This document shows positions 11,073 through 20,192 of a stretch of 64,000 nucleotides of DNA, in pieces; position 1 is the first letter of the stretch; each line of letters opens with the position of its first letter. The notes beneath the pieces were generated by a model that saw nothing but the letters and a program-made list of their open reading frames with translations, did not search any database and had not been told where the DNA came from. The stretch comes from Acidobacteriota bacterium (GTDB taxonomy: Bacteria > Acidobacteriota > B3-B38 > Guanabaribacteriales > JAGGZT01): NCBI GenBank assembly GCA_021161905.1, contig JAGGZT010000012.1, positions 17,675-81,674 of the forward strand. The letters run 5' to 3'. Made by a program: the position numbers and the translations under genes.

Positions 11073-12060
11073 ATGCCCCCTTCACCTTCTTAAGCTCTTT
11101 AGCGATCGCCGGAACCACCTCCAGCACATCCCCCACGATGCCGAAATCGGCAACCTTGAAAATGGGGGCATCGGGATCCTTATTAATGGCGGCGATAAAC
11201 CGAGATGAGGACATCCCGGCGAGATGCTGGATCGCTCCCGATATGCCACAGGCGAGATAAAGGGTGGGAGATACCGTCTTTCCTGTCTGCCCTACCTGGA
11301 TCTGATGGTCAACCCAACCGGAGTCTACCGCTGCCCGTGAGGCGCCAACCGCACCGTTCAGAAGGTCTGCCAGTTCTTTTAATACATTAAAGTTATCGGC
11401 ACACCCAAGCCCCCTCCCTCCAGAGACGATCACCTCTGCTTCGGTTATATCCGCCGTACCGGATTCAGGAACGAGGTAATCAACCGCCTTCGCCCTTATC
11501 TTCTCCTCAACCCCTGCAAGATCGAGCTTCATTACCTCAGGCTCGGAGGAGCCATCCCTCATCTCCACTTCAAACGCCTTGGGGCGCAGGGTAGCGATAT
11601 AAGGAGGAGAACTAAAACCGAAGGTGGCGATTATCTTACCCAAATAAAGCGGTTTCACCGCCTTGAGCTCACCAGAATCGGCGAGGATCAATTTGGTGCA
11701 ATCGGAGGCAAGACCAGCCTTCAATCTCGCCGCCACTCGAGGAGCAAGGTCCTTGCCCATTGCGGTAGCCGAAAGAAGGACGATGAGTGGAGACACCTCA
11801 TCTATCGCCTTGGCAAGGGCAAAGGTGTAGCCCTCAGTGGAGTAGCTGGCAAGAGCTTCACTTTCACCAAGAACCACCTTATCCACCCCCACCTTCTTCA
11901 ACTCCTCGGGAACGGGTTCCAAATTATTCCCGAGGATAAGGGCAGTAAGAGGAGCGGATAGCCTATCCGCAAGCCTTCTCCCCTCAGAAGCCGCCTCAAG
12001 CGACGCCTTTTTCAGCTTGCCATCCCGATGCTCTATGAAAACAAGAACCCCTTCCGCCAT
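11071..12060 (-). CDS. etfA: Electron transfer flavoprotein alpha subunit
   Basis: IVSGGRG, AVGASRAAVD, QVGQTGK, GISGAIQHLAGM, AINKDPDAPIF. Confidence 0.96.
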   Translation of the reverse strand: MAEGVLVFIEHRDGKLKKASLEAASEGRRLADRLSAPLTALILGNNLEPVPEELKKVGVDKVVLGESEALASYSTEGYTFALAKAIDEVSPLIVLLSATAMGKDLAPRVAARLKAGLASDCTKLILADSGELKAVKPLYLGKIIATFGFSSPPYIATLRPKAFEVEMRDGSSEPEVMKLDLAGVEEKIRAKAVDYLVPESGTADITEAEVIVSGGRGLGCADNFNVLKELADLLNGAVGASRAAVDSGWVDHQIQVGQTGKTVSPTLYLACGISGAIQHLAGMSSSRFIAAINKDPDAPIFKVADFGIVGDVLEVVPAIAKELKKVKGA

Positions 12061-12070
12061 TTTCTCCTCC

Positions 12071-12844
12071 TCAGAAGATCTTCACCTCTTTAGTCAGCCA
12101 TTCCACAAACTCCTTAGCAACCTCCTCCGAGGTGCCGGTCACCACCTTACCACCGCTCCGCATCGGGGGGAGCTTAAGCTCAACCAGCTCTACCTTGGAC
12201 GAGGGGGGATCGGAAAGGAGAGAGGCACCATCTATCGTCTCTATCTCCTTCTTCTTCGCCATCATAATCCCCCGAAGGGAGGGATAACGCGGGGTATTAA
12301 GCCCCTTACCTGCAGTGATCACCGCGGGAAGTGACGACTCCACCACCTCAGTCAATCCCTCCACCTCGCGATGGGCAACGATCTTCCCCCCATCAAGCTC
12401 GAGCTTAGAGACATTGGTGATCTGAGGGAGATCAAGAAGTTCCGCAAGCATCGCCCCAACCTGGCAGTTATCGGTGCCGATACCCATATAACCACAGAGG
12501 ATAAGGTCATAGTCCCTTTTAGAGATGGCAGAAGCAAGAAGCGAAGCCACGAAAAGGGAATCACCCTCCCCCTCCGTCCTGATATGCACCGCCTTATCCA
12601 CTCCCATTGCCAACGCTGTCCTCAAGGCAGAGACCACCCGTTCGGGACCTACGCTTATCGCGGTAACTTCTCCCTCGCCACTTTTTTCCTTTATTTTGAG
12701 CGCCTCCTCCACCGCATACTCATCATAGGGATTAAGGATAAAGTTGATTTCCGATTCCACGATGGACTTCCCATCCGGACCTATCTTTATCTGAGCTTCG
12801 GTGTCCGGAACCTGCTTCACACAGGTAATGATCTTCATCTTCAC
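12071..12844 (-). CDS. etfB: Electron transfer flavoprotein beta subunit
   Basis: CVKQVPD, NPYDEYAVEEAL, ALAMG, NTPRYPSLRGIM. Confidence 0.96.
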   Translation of the reverse strand: MKMKIITCVKQVPDTEAQIKIGPDGKSIVESEINFILNPYDEYAVEEALKIKEKSGEGEVTAISVGPERVVSALRTALAMGVDKAVHIRTEGEGDSLFVASLLASAISKRDYDLILCGYMGIGTDNCQVGAMLAELLDLPQITNVSKLELDGGKIVAHREVEGLTEVVESSLPAVITAGKGLNTPRYPSLRGIMMAKKKEIETIDGASLLSDPPSSKVELVELKLPPMRSGGKVVTGTSEEVAKEFVEWLTKEVKIF

Positions 12845-12858
12845 CTCCCTCCTAACGC

Positions 12859-14103
12859 CTACTCCTCATACCTCTTAAAGACGAGACAGGCGTTGGTCCC
12901 ACCGAATCCAAAGGAGTTGGAGATGGCATAGTCGATGGAGAGTTCCCGCGATTTATTGGGCACATAGTCAAGATCGCAGGCTGGGTCTGGCGTATCGTAA
13001 TTTATGGTGGGATGAACCTTCTGATCTCGAATAGAAAGTACGGTGGCTGCCGCCTCCACCCCTCCAGCAGCGCCAAGGAGATGTCCGATCATCGATTTGG
13101 TCGAGCTAACCGCCACCCTCCTTGCCTGATCACCAAAGAGCCGTTTGATCGCTACTGTCTCCGCCACATCACCAGCAAGGGTAGCGGTGCCATGAGCATT
13201 TATATAGCTCACCTCCTCGGGCGAGACCTTAGCCTTATCCAGCGCCATCTTCATCGCTCGGTAGGCGCCATCCCCGTCCTCGGGTGGGGCTGAGATATGG
13301 TAGGCATCGGCGCTCATCCCATAGCCCACTACCTCAGCATATATCTTGGCATTCCGCTTAAGAGCATAGGACAACTCCTCGAGAATGAGGATACCCGCCC
13401 CTTCACCGATGACGAAACCATCCCTGTCCTTCTCGAAAGGACGGCTCGCCTTGGTCGGCTCTTCATTCCTGGTGGAAAGGGCACGCATAGAGGCGAAACC
13501 AGCCACCGCAAGCGGTGCCACTGCCTCCTCGGTCCCCCCAGCGATCATCACATCCGCATCACCACGAAGGATTATCTCGTAAGAATCGCCGATGGCATGC
13601 GCTCCACTGGAACAGGCAGTGCAAGTAGCGGAATTGGGACCTTTTGCCCCATACTTCATTGAGATGAGGCCCGCTGCCATATTGACGATAAGGCCCGGGA
13701 TGAAGAAGGGGGAGATCTTACGGGGTCCCTTCTCCAATAGAACCGAATGTTGCCATTCTAGAAAGAGGATCCCCCCGATCCCAGAGCCAACCAAAACCCC
13801 GATCCGCTCGGCATCAACCCCCTCTATCTTGAGCTCAGCATCCCTTATGGCGAGCTCAGTGGCTGCCAAGGCGTACTGAGAAAAGAGGTCCATCTTCCTC
13901 AACTCCCTCTTCTCGATGAACTCAAGCGGATCGAAACCTCTCACCTCTCCGGCTATCCGCACCGGATAATCGGTGGCATCAAACCTGGTGATCGGTCCAA
14001 TACCACTCTTACCGGAGAGCATCCCCTTCCAATTCTCTTCAGTGCCCACCCCTAATGGAGAAATGAGTCCAATACCCGTAATTACAACCCTTCTTCCTTC
14101 CAA
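12859..14103 (-). CDS. fabF: Beta-ketoacyl-ACP synthase II FabF
   Basis: RRVVITGIG, TACSSG catalytic Cys, YINAHGT, STKSMIGHLLGAAG, SNSFGFGGTN. Confidence 0.97.
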   Translation of the reverse strand: MEGRRVVITGIGLISPLGVGTEENWKGMLSGKSGIGPITRFDATDYPVRIAGEVRGFDPLEFIEKRELRKMDLFSQYALAATELAIRDAELKIEGVDAERIGVLVGSGIGGILFLEWQHSVLLEKGPRKISPFFIPGLIVNMAAGLISMKYGAKGPNSATCTACSSGAHAIGDSYEIILRGDADVMIAGGTEEAVAPLAVAGFASMRALSTRNEEPTKASRPFEKDRDGFVIGEGAGILILEELSYALKRNAKIYAEVVGYGMSADAYHISAPPEDGDGAYRAMKMALDKAKVSPEEVSYINAHGTATLAGDVAETVAIKRLFGDQARRVAVSSTKSMIGHLLGAAGGVEAAATVLSIRDQKVHPTINYDTPDPACDLDYVPNKSRELSIDYAISNSFGFGGTNACLVFKRYEE

Positions 14104-14172
14104 GTTACCTCCTCCGTCATCCCTTACCTATTGGGATGGCAGTGTAGGAAAGATTAAAAAGACACCCAAAGA

Positions 14173-14409
14173 TTAAGATGAGATGCGGGAAGAAAGGTAA
14201 TTAACCGCGTCCTGGACGCTCACGATCTTCTCCGCATCCTCCTCCGGGATCTCGATGTCGAACTCCTCCTCAAAAGCCATAACCAACTCCACCTGATCAA
14301 GAGAATCCGCACCGAGATCATCAACGAACTTCGCCTCAGGAACAACCTCCTCCTCGCTTACTCCAAGCTGCTCCACGATTATCTTCTTTACCCTTTCCTC
14401 AACGGTCAT
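14173..14409 (-). CDS. acpP: Acyl carrier protein
   Basis: DLGADSLD phosphopantetheine site; 78 aa, acidic. Confidence 0.98.
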   Translation of the reverse strand: MTVEERVKKIIVEQLGVSEEEVVPEAKFVDDLGADSLDQVELVMAFEEEFDIEIPEEDAEKIVSVQDAVNYLSSRISS

Positions 14410-14442
14410 CTTACTATACCTCCTTTCTTAAATTTTCGAGTA

Positions 14443-14471
14443 ATTATAAAAGGGAAAATCACCAAAGTCAA
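14443..14471 (-). promoter_or_regulatory. Internal sigma70 promoter for acpP(-fabF-etfBA)
   Basis: TTGACT (14471-14466), 17 nt, TATAAT (14448-14443); AAGGAGGT SD downstream. Confidence 0.75.
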
Positions 14472-14473
14472 CT

Positions 14474-15223
14474 TTACATATAGAGCCCACCGCTTATATT
14501 GAGCACATGACCCGTGATATAGCTCGCCTCTTCAGACGCCAGGAATTTCACCCCGTTTGCTATATCCTTTGGAGTGCCCAACCGGGGCGTAGGTATCTGG
14601 CTGATAAGTTTCTCCCTTGCCTCAGGGGAAAGTGCCTGGGTCATCGGGGTGTCGATGAAACCGGGGGCAATGGCGTTTACGGTTATCCCCCGAGAGGCAA
14701 CCTCCCTCGCCACTGACTTAGTGAACCCGATGAGACCCGCCTTGGAAGCAGAATAATTTGCCTGCCCCACATTGCCCATCAACCCCACTACTGAGGCGAT
14801 GTTTATTATCCTCCCATAACGCTTCTTCACCATCGCCTTGATCACCACTTGGGTGAAATTGAACGCCCCAGATAGGTTAACATCGATCACCTTCTGCCAC
14901 TCATCGGGCTTCATCCTTAAGATAAGATTATCCCTCGTTATCCCCGCATTGTTGACCAATATATCCACCTTCCCGAACTCAGAGAGTACCTTTTCCACTG
15001 CCGCCTTCACCTTTTCGTAATCCGATACATCCACCTCCAAGGGGAGGGCTTTAACCCCCTTCTTCTCTACCTCCTTCGCTACCTCGGTGAGCGTAGGAAA
15101 CTTGACATCGACAAGCGCCAAATCCGCCCCTTGATCGGCAAAGGTAAGAGCTATCTCCCGCCCTATCCCCTGAGAAGCCCCGGTGATAAGGGCTACTTTT
15201 CCAGGAAACATCTTCTCCCCCAT
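14474..15223 (-). CDS. fabG: 3-oxoacyl-ACP reductase FabG
   Basis: TGASQGIG, NNAGITRD, YSASK, NAIAPGFI. Confidence 0.97.
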   Translation of the reverse strand: MGEKMFPGKVALITGASQGIGREIALTFADQGADLALVDVKFPTLTEVAKEVEKKGVKALPLEVDVSDYEKVKAAVEKVLSEFGKVDILVNNAGITRDNLILRMKPDEWQKVIDVNLSGAFNFTQVVIKAMVKKRYGRIINIASVVGLMGNVGQANYSASKAGLIGFTKSVAREVASRGITVNAIAPGFIDTPMTQALSPEAREKLISQIPTPRLGTPKDIANGVKFLASEEASYITGHVLNISGGLYM

Positions 15224-15226
15224 TTG

Positions 15227-16165
15227 TTATTCCTCCCCCGTTTCAGCTAAAAATCTATTAAGGGATGGCTCGTCCTCCACATTGAATATCTTCGCCCCAG
15301 GTAGAATACGCTTGATAAGACCAGTAAGAACCTTCCCTGGTCCTACCTCGACAAAGGTATCACAACCTAAAGAGGAGAGCTTCTCTATCACCTCCACAAA
15401 GCGGACCGGAGATACCATTTGCTCTATTAGGGCTTTCTTCGCCTCTTCCCCCTTCTCGATAAGACCAGCAGAGACATTGGCAACAAGAGGGCAGGAAAGA
15501 TCGGAAAACTCGATCCTATCGAGCTCAGAAGCGAGCTTCTCCTTAGCCGGCTCCATCAGCGGGGAGTGAAAAGGAGCGCTTACCGGAAGGAGTAGTGCTC
15601 GCTTCGCTCCCTTCTCCTTAGCCTTTACTATCGCCCGCTCCACCGCCTCTCTTCTCCCAGAAATAACCGTCTGCACCGGGGAGTTGAAATTAGCTGCTAC
15701 CAACACATCTCCTCTGCTCTCCTCATTACAGATCGCCTCTACCTTATTAGAGGGAAGGCCAATTATCGCCGCCATCGCCCCCTCACCAACGGGAACCCCC
15801 TCTTGCATAAATCTACCCCGCTTCCTCACCAAACGAATACCGTCTTCGTAGGAAAAAGCGGAGGCGGAGGCAAGTGCGGAATACTCCCCCAAACTATGAC
15901 CAGCGACGAAATCGGGGTGAACCCCTCGGCTCTTCAAAACCTCGAAGGAAGCAATGCTTACCGCGAAGACCGCCGGCTGGGTGTTCTCAGTGAGGGAGAG
16001 TTCCTCCTTGCTCCCCTCGAAACAAAGCCTCCTCAAGGGGAAACCGACCGCCTCCTCGAGTCTCTCGAATACCGCCTTTGCTTCGGAAAACTTATCATAT
16101 AAATCCTTTCCCATCCCGGGATATTGAGAAGCCTGCCCAGGAAAGACAAACGCCTTTTTCCCCAC
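15227..16165 (-). CDS. fabD: Malonyl-CoA:ACP transacylase FabD
   Basis: FPGQ, TQPA, GHSLGEY, LPVSAPFHS, EVGPGKVL. Confidence 0.97.
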   Translation of the reverse strand: MGKKAFVFPGQASQYPGMGKDLYDKFSEAKAVFERLEEAVGFPLRRLCFEGSKEELSLTENTQPAVFAVSIASFEVLKSRGVHPDFVAGHSLGEYSALASASAFSYEDGIRLVRKRGRFMQEGVPVGEGAMAAIIGLPSNKVEAICNEESRGDVLVAANFNSPVQTVISGRREAVERAIVKAKEKGAKRALLLPVSAPFHSPLMEPAKEKLASELDRIEFSDLSCPLVANVSAGLIEKGEEAKKALIEQMVSPVRFVEVIEKLSSLGCDTFVEVGPGKVLTGLIKRILPGAKIFNVEDEPSLNRFLAETGEE

Positions 16166-16175
16166 CTCTACCTCC

Positions 16176-17159
16176 TTACCATCTGATCAAACTTGCTGCC
16201 CAAGTAACTCCCCCGCCGAATGCAGTAAGGAGAACGAGATCGCCTTCCTTCAATCTTCCCTGCTCAACCAACTCGTTGAGGGCAATAGGTATGGAACCGG
16301 AGGAGGTATTACCCGTCCAGGCTATATTGGAATAGACCTTTTCCCTTGGAATCTTGAGTCGAGAGGCAACCGCATCGGTTATCCGTTGATTTGCCTGATG
16401 AGGTATCAATACACTCACCTCCTCCCTCTTAACCCCTGCCTCCTCAAGGACCTCGAGAGCTATATCCGCCATCGCCCGAACCGCCACTTTGAACAGCTCA
16501 TTACCTCTCATTTTGACGAAATGGAGCCTCTTCTCTATCGTCTCGTGGGAAGCGGGCATCTTGGTACCCCCTGCCGGTATGAGAAGAAAGTCGGCGAATT
16601 CCCCGTCACTCCTCAGTTTGGTAGCGAGGATCCCTCGAGGCTCCGGAACCCTTCCTAAAACAGCTGCTCCAGCACCATCGGCGAAGATAACACAGGTACT
16701 CCTGTCAGTCCAATCAATAACCCGACTGAGCACCTCCCCCCCGATTACAAGTACCCTCTCCGCCTCTCCAGAATGGATAAATTTCTCCCCTATCGAGAGG
16801 CCATAAATAAAACCGGAACAGGCAGCAGAAATATCAAAAGCAGCCGCTTTCTTTGCCCCCAGGTTCGCCTGAACAAAACAGGCGGTAGCAGGAAGGGGAT
16901 GATCCGGGGTAACCGTAGCACAGATTATTATATCGATATCCTTCGGTTCAAGTTCGGCACGAAGAAGCGCCTTCCTCGCCGCCTCGGTCATAAAGGTGGA
17001 AAGATATTCCCCCTCCTCAGCTATCCTCCTCTCCCTTATCCCCGTCCTCGTCCTTATCCACTCGTCCGAGGTATCAACTATCTTCTCCAGGTCAAAATTG
17101 GTAACCACCTTTTTGGGTAGCGATGATCCAATGCCCAATATGCCTGCTTTACTATCCAT
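16176..17159 (-). CDS. fabH: Beta-ketoacyl-ACP synthase III FabH
   Basis: DTSDEWIRTRTGI, AACSGF, PHQAN, GNTSS, FGGGVTW. Confidence 0.97.
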   Translation of the reverse strand: MDSKAGILGIGSSLPKKVVTNFDLEKIVDTSDEWIRTRTGIRERRIAEEGEYLSTFMTEAARKALLRAELEPKDIDIIICATVTPDHPLPATACFVQANLGAKKAAAFDISAACSGFIYGLSIGEKFIHSGEAERVLVIGGEVLSRVIDWTDRSTCVIFADGAGAAVLGRVPEPRGILATKLRSDGEFADFLLIPAGGTKMPASHETIEKRLHFVKMRGNELFKVAVRAMADIALEVLEEAGVKREEVSVLIPHQANQRITDAVASRLKIPREKVYSNIAWTGNTSSGSIPIALNELVEQGRLKEGDLVLLTAFGGGVTWAASLIRW

Positions 17160-18153
17160 TTTTGTTGAACTCCACTAATCGCTTACGGATCCTTTCGTTA
17201 ACCCTGTTTTCGTAATAATTCTTCACGATCCTTATGGCGTTCTTTATCGCCTTGGGGGAGGATCTGCCATGGCAGATCACACAAACCTCCTTTATCCCAA
17301 GCAAGGGGGCTCCCCCATACTCGGCATAATCTGCCTTCTTCTTAAAATGGGCGAACGCCTTCTTAAGAAAGATATAACCAATCCGGGCAAAAAAGTCCCG
17401 AGAAAGCTCCTCCTTAAGAATGGAAGCCATCGTCTCCGCTATGCTCTCACTCACCTTCAGAATGACATTACCGGTAAACCCATCGCAGACGATCACCTCC
17501 ACTCTGCCAGCGAAGACATCCCGCCCCTCTACATTGCCATAAAAATTAATGGGCGCCCGAAGGAGACTTTGGTAGGTCTTCCGAGTCAACTCATTTCCCT
17601 TGGTCTCCTCCTCCCCAATATTGAGGAGGCCCACCTTCGGGTTCTCCTTCCCCAAAACCTCCGAAGCGAAGGTAGAACCCATTATGGCAAATTGAACGAG
17701 ATGCTCCGGCTTACAATCTACATTGGCACCCACATCGAGGAGAACCGCACTACCCTCAGGGGTGGGAATAGCCATCGCCAAAGCAGGACGATCAACCCCC
17801 TCTAAGGTACCAAGGACAAACTTGGCGGTCGCCATCACCGCCCCAGTATTCCCCGCACTCACCAACCCTTGAGCTCTTCCTTCCTTTACCAAATCGGTGG
17901 CAATCCTAATAGACGAATTTTTCTTCTTGCGGAAAGCAATAGTAGGTGGATCAGCCATCTCCACCTGTTCAAGAGCATTGACTATCTCTACCCCGGAAAG
18001 ATCGTGAAGCCTACTCCCCAACTTCTCCTTGATAACCTCCTCCTTCCCCACCAAAATCACCTCTACCCCATACTCAGAGACCGCCTCGATCGCTCCCTCG
18101 ATCGGACTATCAGGGGCGTAATCTCCCCCCATTACATCTACCGCTATCTTCAT
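17152..18153 (-). CDS. plsX: Phosphate acyltransferase PlsX
   Basis: KIAVDVMGGD, SAGNTGA, LLDVGAN, NIGEEETKG, CDGFTGN, GGAPLLG, HGRS; start placed at ATG 18153, downstream of rpmF. Confidence 0.96.
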   Translation of the reverse strand: MKIAVDVMGGDYAPDSPIEGAIEAVSEYGVEVILVGKEEVIKEKLGSRLHDLSGVEIVNALEQVEMADPPTIAFRKKKNSSIRIATDLVKEGRAQGLVSAGNTGAVMATAKFVLGTLEGVDRPALAMAIPTPEGSAVLLDVGANVDCKPEHLVQFAIMGSTFASEVLGKENPKVGLLNIGEEETKGNELTRKTYQSLLRAPINFYGNVEGRDVFAGRVEVIVCDGFTGNVILKVSESIAETMASILKEELSRDFFARIGYIFLKKAFAHFKKKADYAEYGGAPLLGIKEVCVICHGRSSPKAIKNAIRIVKNYYENRVNERIRKRLVEFNKNG

Positions 18154-18173
18154 CTCTCGCTTCTCCCGCTTAC

Positions 18174-18356
18174 CTAAACCTCCTCGCCTTCCATAACCTC
18201 TTCGCCTTTGTAATACCCACAATAGGGGCACACCCGGTGGGGTAACTTCTCATGCCCGCACTGAGGACATCTGGAGAAGGAGGGAACCTTAAGTGCATCA
18301 TGGGCACGCCTCTTATCCCTCCTCGCCTTCGAATGCCTTCGTTTTGGGTTCGCCAT
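18174..18356 (-). CDS. rpmF: 50S ribosomal protein L32 (zinc-binding form)
   Basis: [10 protein letters not shown]...[18 protein letters not shown]. Confidence 0.97.
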   Translation of the reverse strand: MANPKRRHSKARRDKRRAHDALKVPSFSRCPQCGHEKLPHRVCPYCGYYKGEEVMEGEEV

Positions 18357-18366
18357 CTTCCACCTC

Positions 18367-18903
18367 CTATCCTTTTATCTTCAATCTCGCCTTGAGATCT
18401 TTTAAAGGAGCAAGTCTCGGGTCAATCGCCTCTCGTTGACAATTACAGGGCGCCTGATTTAAATTGGCACCACACATCGGGCAAAGCCCCTTACAATTGG
18501 GAGAACAGATAGGCTTCATCGGAATAGCCAAGATGATCTGCTCCCGCACCACCTCAGAAAGATCGATTTCATCATCCTGATAGAAGGAAACCTTGAGATC
18601 GTTGGGGGTAAGCTCTAAATCCGGCTCTGTTGGCATCTCATCCCGCGGTAGATAAACAAGCTCAAACGATGAGGAGGAAAGGAAGGGAAATTCCTCGAGA
18701 CATCGGGAACAGATAAGCTCAAGCTCAAAGGAGACCTCTCCCTTTATCTCACATCTTCTCCCTTTCACCACTATCTCGAGCTTAGCCGGGGCTGGTTTCT
18801 TAAGGGAAAATTCCCCATTCCGTACCAGTCCTAACTCGGATGGCGAAAATGAATGCTTAACAAAAAGCCCCTTCTTGGGAACCTTGCTTACCTCAATTAG
18901 CAT
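18367..18903 (-). CDS. yceD: YceD/DUF177 family protein
   Basis: [36 protein letters not shown]; directly upstream of rpmF. Confidence 0.9.
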   Translation of the reverse strand: MLIEVSKVPKKGLFVKHSFSPSELGLVRNGEFSLKKPAPAKLEIVVKGRRCEIKGEVSFELELICSRCLEEFPFLSSSSFELVYLPRDEMPTEPDLELTPNDLKVSFYQDDEIDLSEVVREQIILAIPMKPICSPNCKGLCPMCGANLNQAPCNCQREAIDPRLAPLKDLKARLKIKG

Positions 18904-18951
18904 CTCATCTCCTTCCTCGAAGGGAAAAACCCTTCGAGGGTTGGTCAGCCA

Positions 18952-19287
18952 TCAGCTTACATAAGGGGATATCCTCTTGTCAATCGCCTCCTTCGATTGA
19001 ACTCCAATAATCTGCTCCCTCACCTCCCCCCGGTCAAATAGAAGGAGGGTGGGGATGGAACGAATACGATACCGGGCAGCTATCGCTCCCTCCTCATCTA
19101 CATTTACCTTCCCTACCTTGAGTCTCCCCTTATACTCCTCGGCTAACTTCTCCACTATCGGAGTTATCATCTTGCAGGGAACACACCACTCCGCCCAGAA
19201 GTCAACGAGCACCGGGATATCGGATTTTATGACCTCCCGCTCGAAATTCTCACTGTTAAAAGTGAATATCTCTGACATCTGCCTCAC
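18952..19287 (-). CDS. trxA: Thioredoxin
   Basis: VLVDFWAEWCVPCK, VNVDE, SIPTL. Confidence 0.93.
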   Translation of the reverse strand: MRQMSEIFTFNSENFEREVIKSDIPVLVDFWAEWCVPCKMITPIVEKLAEEYKGRLKVGKVNVDEEGAIAARYRIRSIPTLLLFDRGEVREQIIGVQSKEAIDKRISPYVS

Positions 19288-19314
19288 TCCTTTCTCTCAT
19301 TTTACCAAACAAAC

Positions 19315-19827
19315 CTATCTTGAGAGGAGTCTATCCACCTCATTTTTGAAACGTGGATGAAGCTTCTCATAGGTAGCAGTTATATCCTCTGGTATCAACC
19401 TTACTCCACCTACAATTGACATAAAATTGGTGTCTCCGTTCCACCGAGGCACAATGTGAAGATGAAAATGATCCACCACCCCAGCACCTGCCGGTCTCCC
19501 CAAGTTCATCCCTATGTTGAATCCCTCTGGATGATAAACCTCCTCCAGAACCTTCACGCTCAACTTGACAAGCTCAATAAATTCCTCACTCTCCTCCTTT
19601 CCATATTGGTAAAAGGAGGCGATATGCTCCATTGGCGCCACCATTATATGACCACTGTTGTAAGGGTAAAGGTTCAATATCAGAAAGTTATATCTTCCGC
19701 GAGCAAGGATAAGGGCTTTCCTATCATCCGCCAAAGAAAGCGCCTCGCAGAAGATACAACCTCCTTTTTCTTTACCCGCCTTTTTTATATAAGGGTAACG
19801 CCACGGCGTCCAGAGAATTTCCATCAC
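19315..19827 (-). CDS. HIT family nucleotide hydrolase/phosphorylase
   Basis: LWTPWR, CIFC, NLYPYNSGH, GFNIGMNLG, HFHLHIVPRW histidine triad. Confidence 0.9.
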   Translation of the reverse strand: MMEILWTPWRYPYIKKAGKEKGGCIFCEALSLADDRKALILARGRYNFLILNLYPYNSGHIMVAPMEHIASFYQYGKEESEEFIELVKLSVKVLEEVYHPEGFNIGMNLGRPAGAGVVDHFHLHIVPRWNGDTNFMSIVGGVRLIPEDITATYEKLHPRFKNEVDRLLSR

Positions 19828-19837
19828 TTTGCCCTAA

Positions 19838-19876
19838 TAAAAAGGCAGGGCACCTCCTCTTATCAAAACCCTGCCT
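19838..19876 (-). terminator. Putative terminator after ihfB
   Basis: AGGCAGGG/CCCTGCCT 8-bp stem with 18-nt loop, followed by a T-run on the minus strand. Confidence 0.55.
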
Positions 19877-19897
19877 GCCGTAAACCCTTTGAGGGCT

Positions 19898-20176
19898 TCA
19901 CCCAGAGTTAATGAGTTCCTTTAAGCCCTTGCCTGCTTTGAAATAGGGAACCTTCTTCGCCGGAACACTCACCTTCTCCCCAGTCTTGGGGTTCCGCGCC
20001 TCACGAGCCCTCCGCTGACGCAGTCGGAAACTACCGAATCCCCTAAGTTCCACCTTCTCCCCTCGATGAAGAGCCTCGATAATACTCTGAAACACGGTAT
20101 CTACCACGATCTCAGAGTGCTTTTTCGTTAGATTGGCAGCCTTTGCCACCTCTTCTATTAACTCTGCCTTGGTCAT
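19898..20176 (-). CDS. ihfB: HU/IHF-beta family DNA-binding protein
   Basis: MTKAELI, VELRGFGSF, RNPKTGE, PYFKAGK; follows rpsA as ihfB commonly does. Confidence 0.85.
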   Translation of the reverse strand: MTKAELIEEVAKAANLTKKHSEIVVDTVFQSIIEALHRGEKVELRGFGSFRLRQRRAREARNPKTGEKVSVPAKKVPYFKAGKGLKELINSG

Positions 20177-20192
20177 AGCAAAACTCCTTAAT

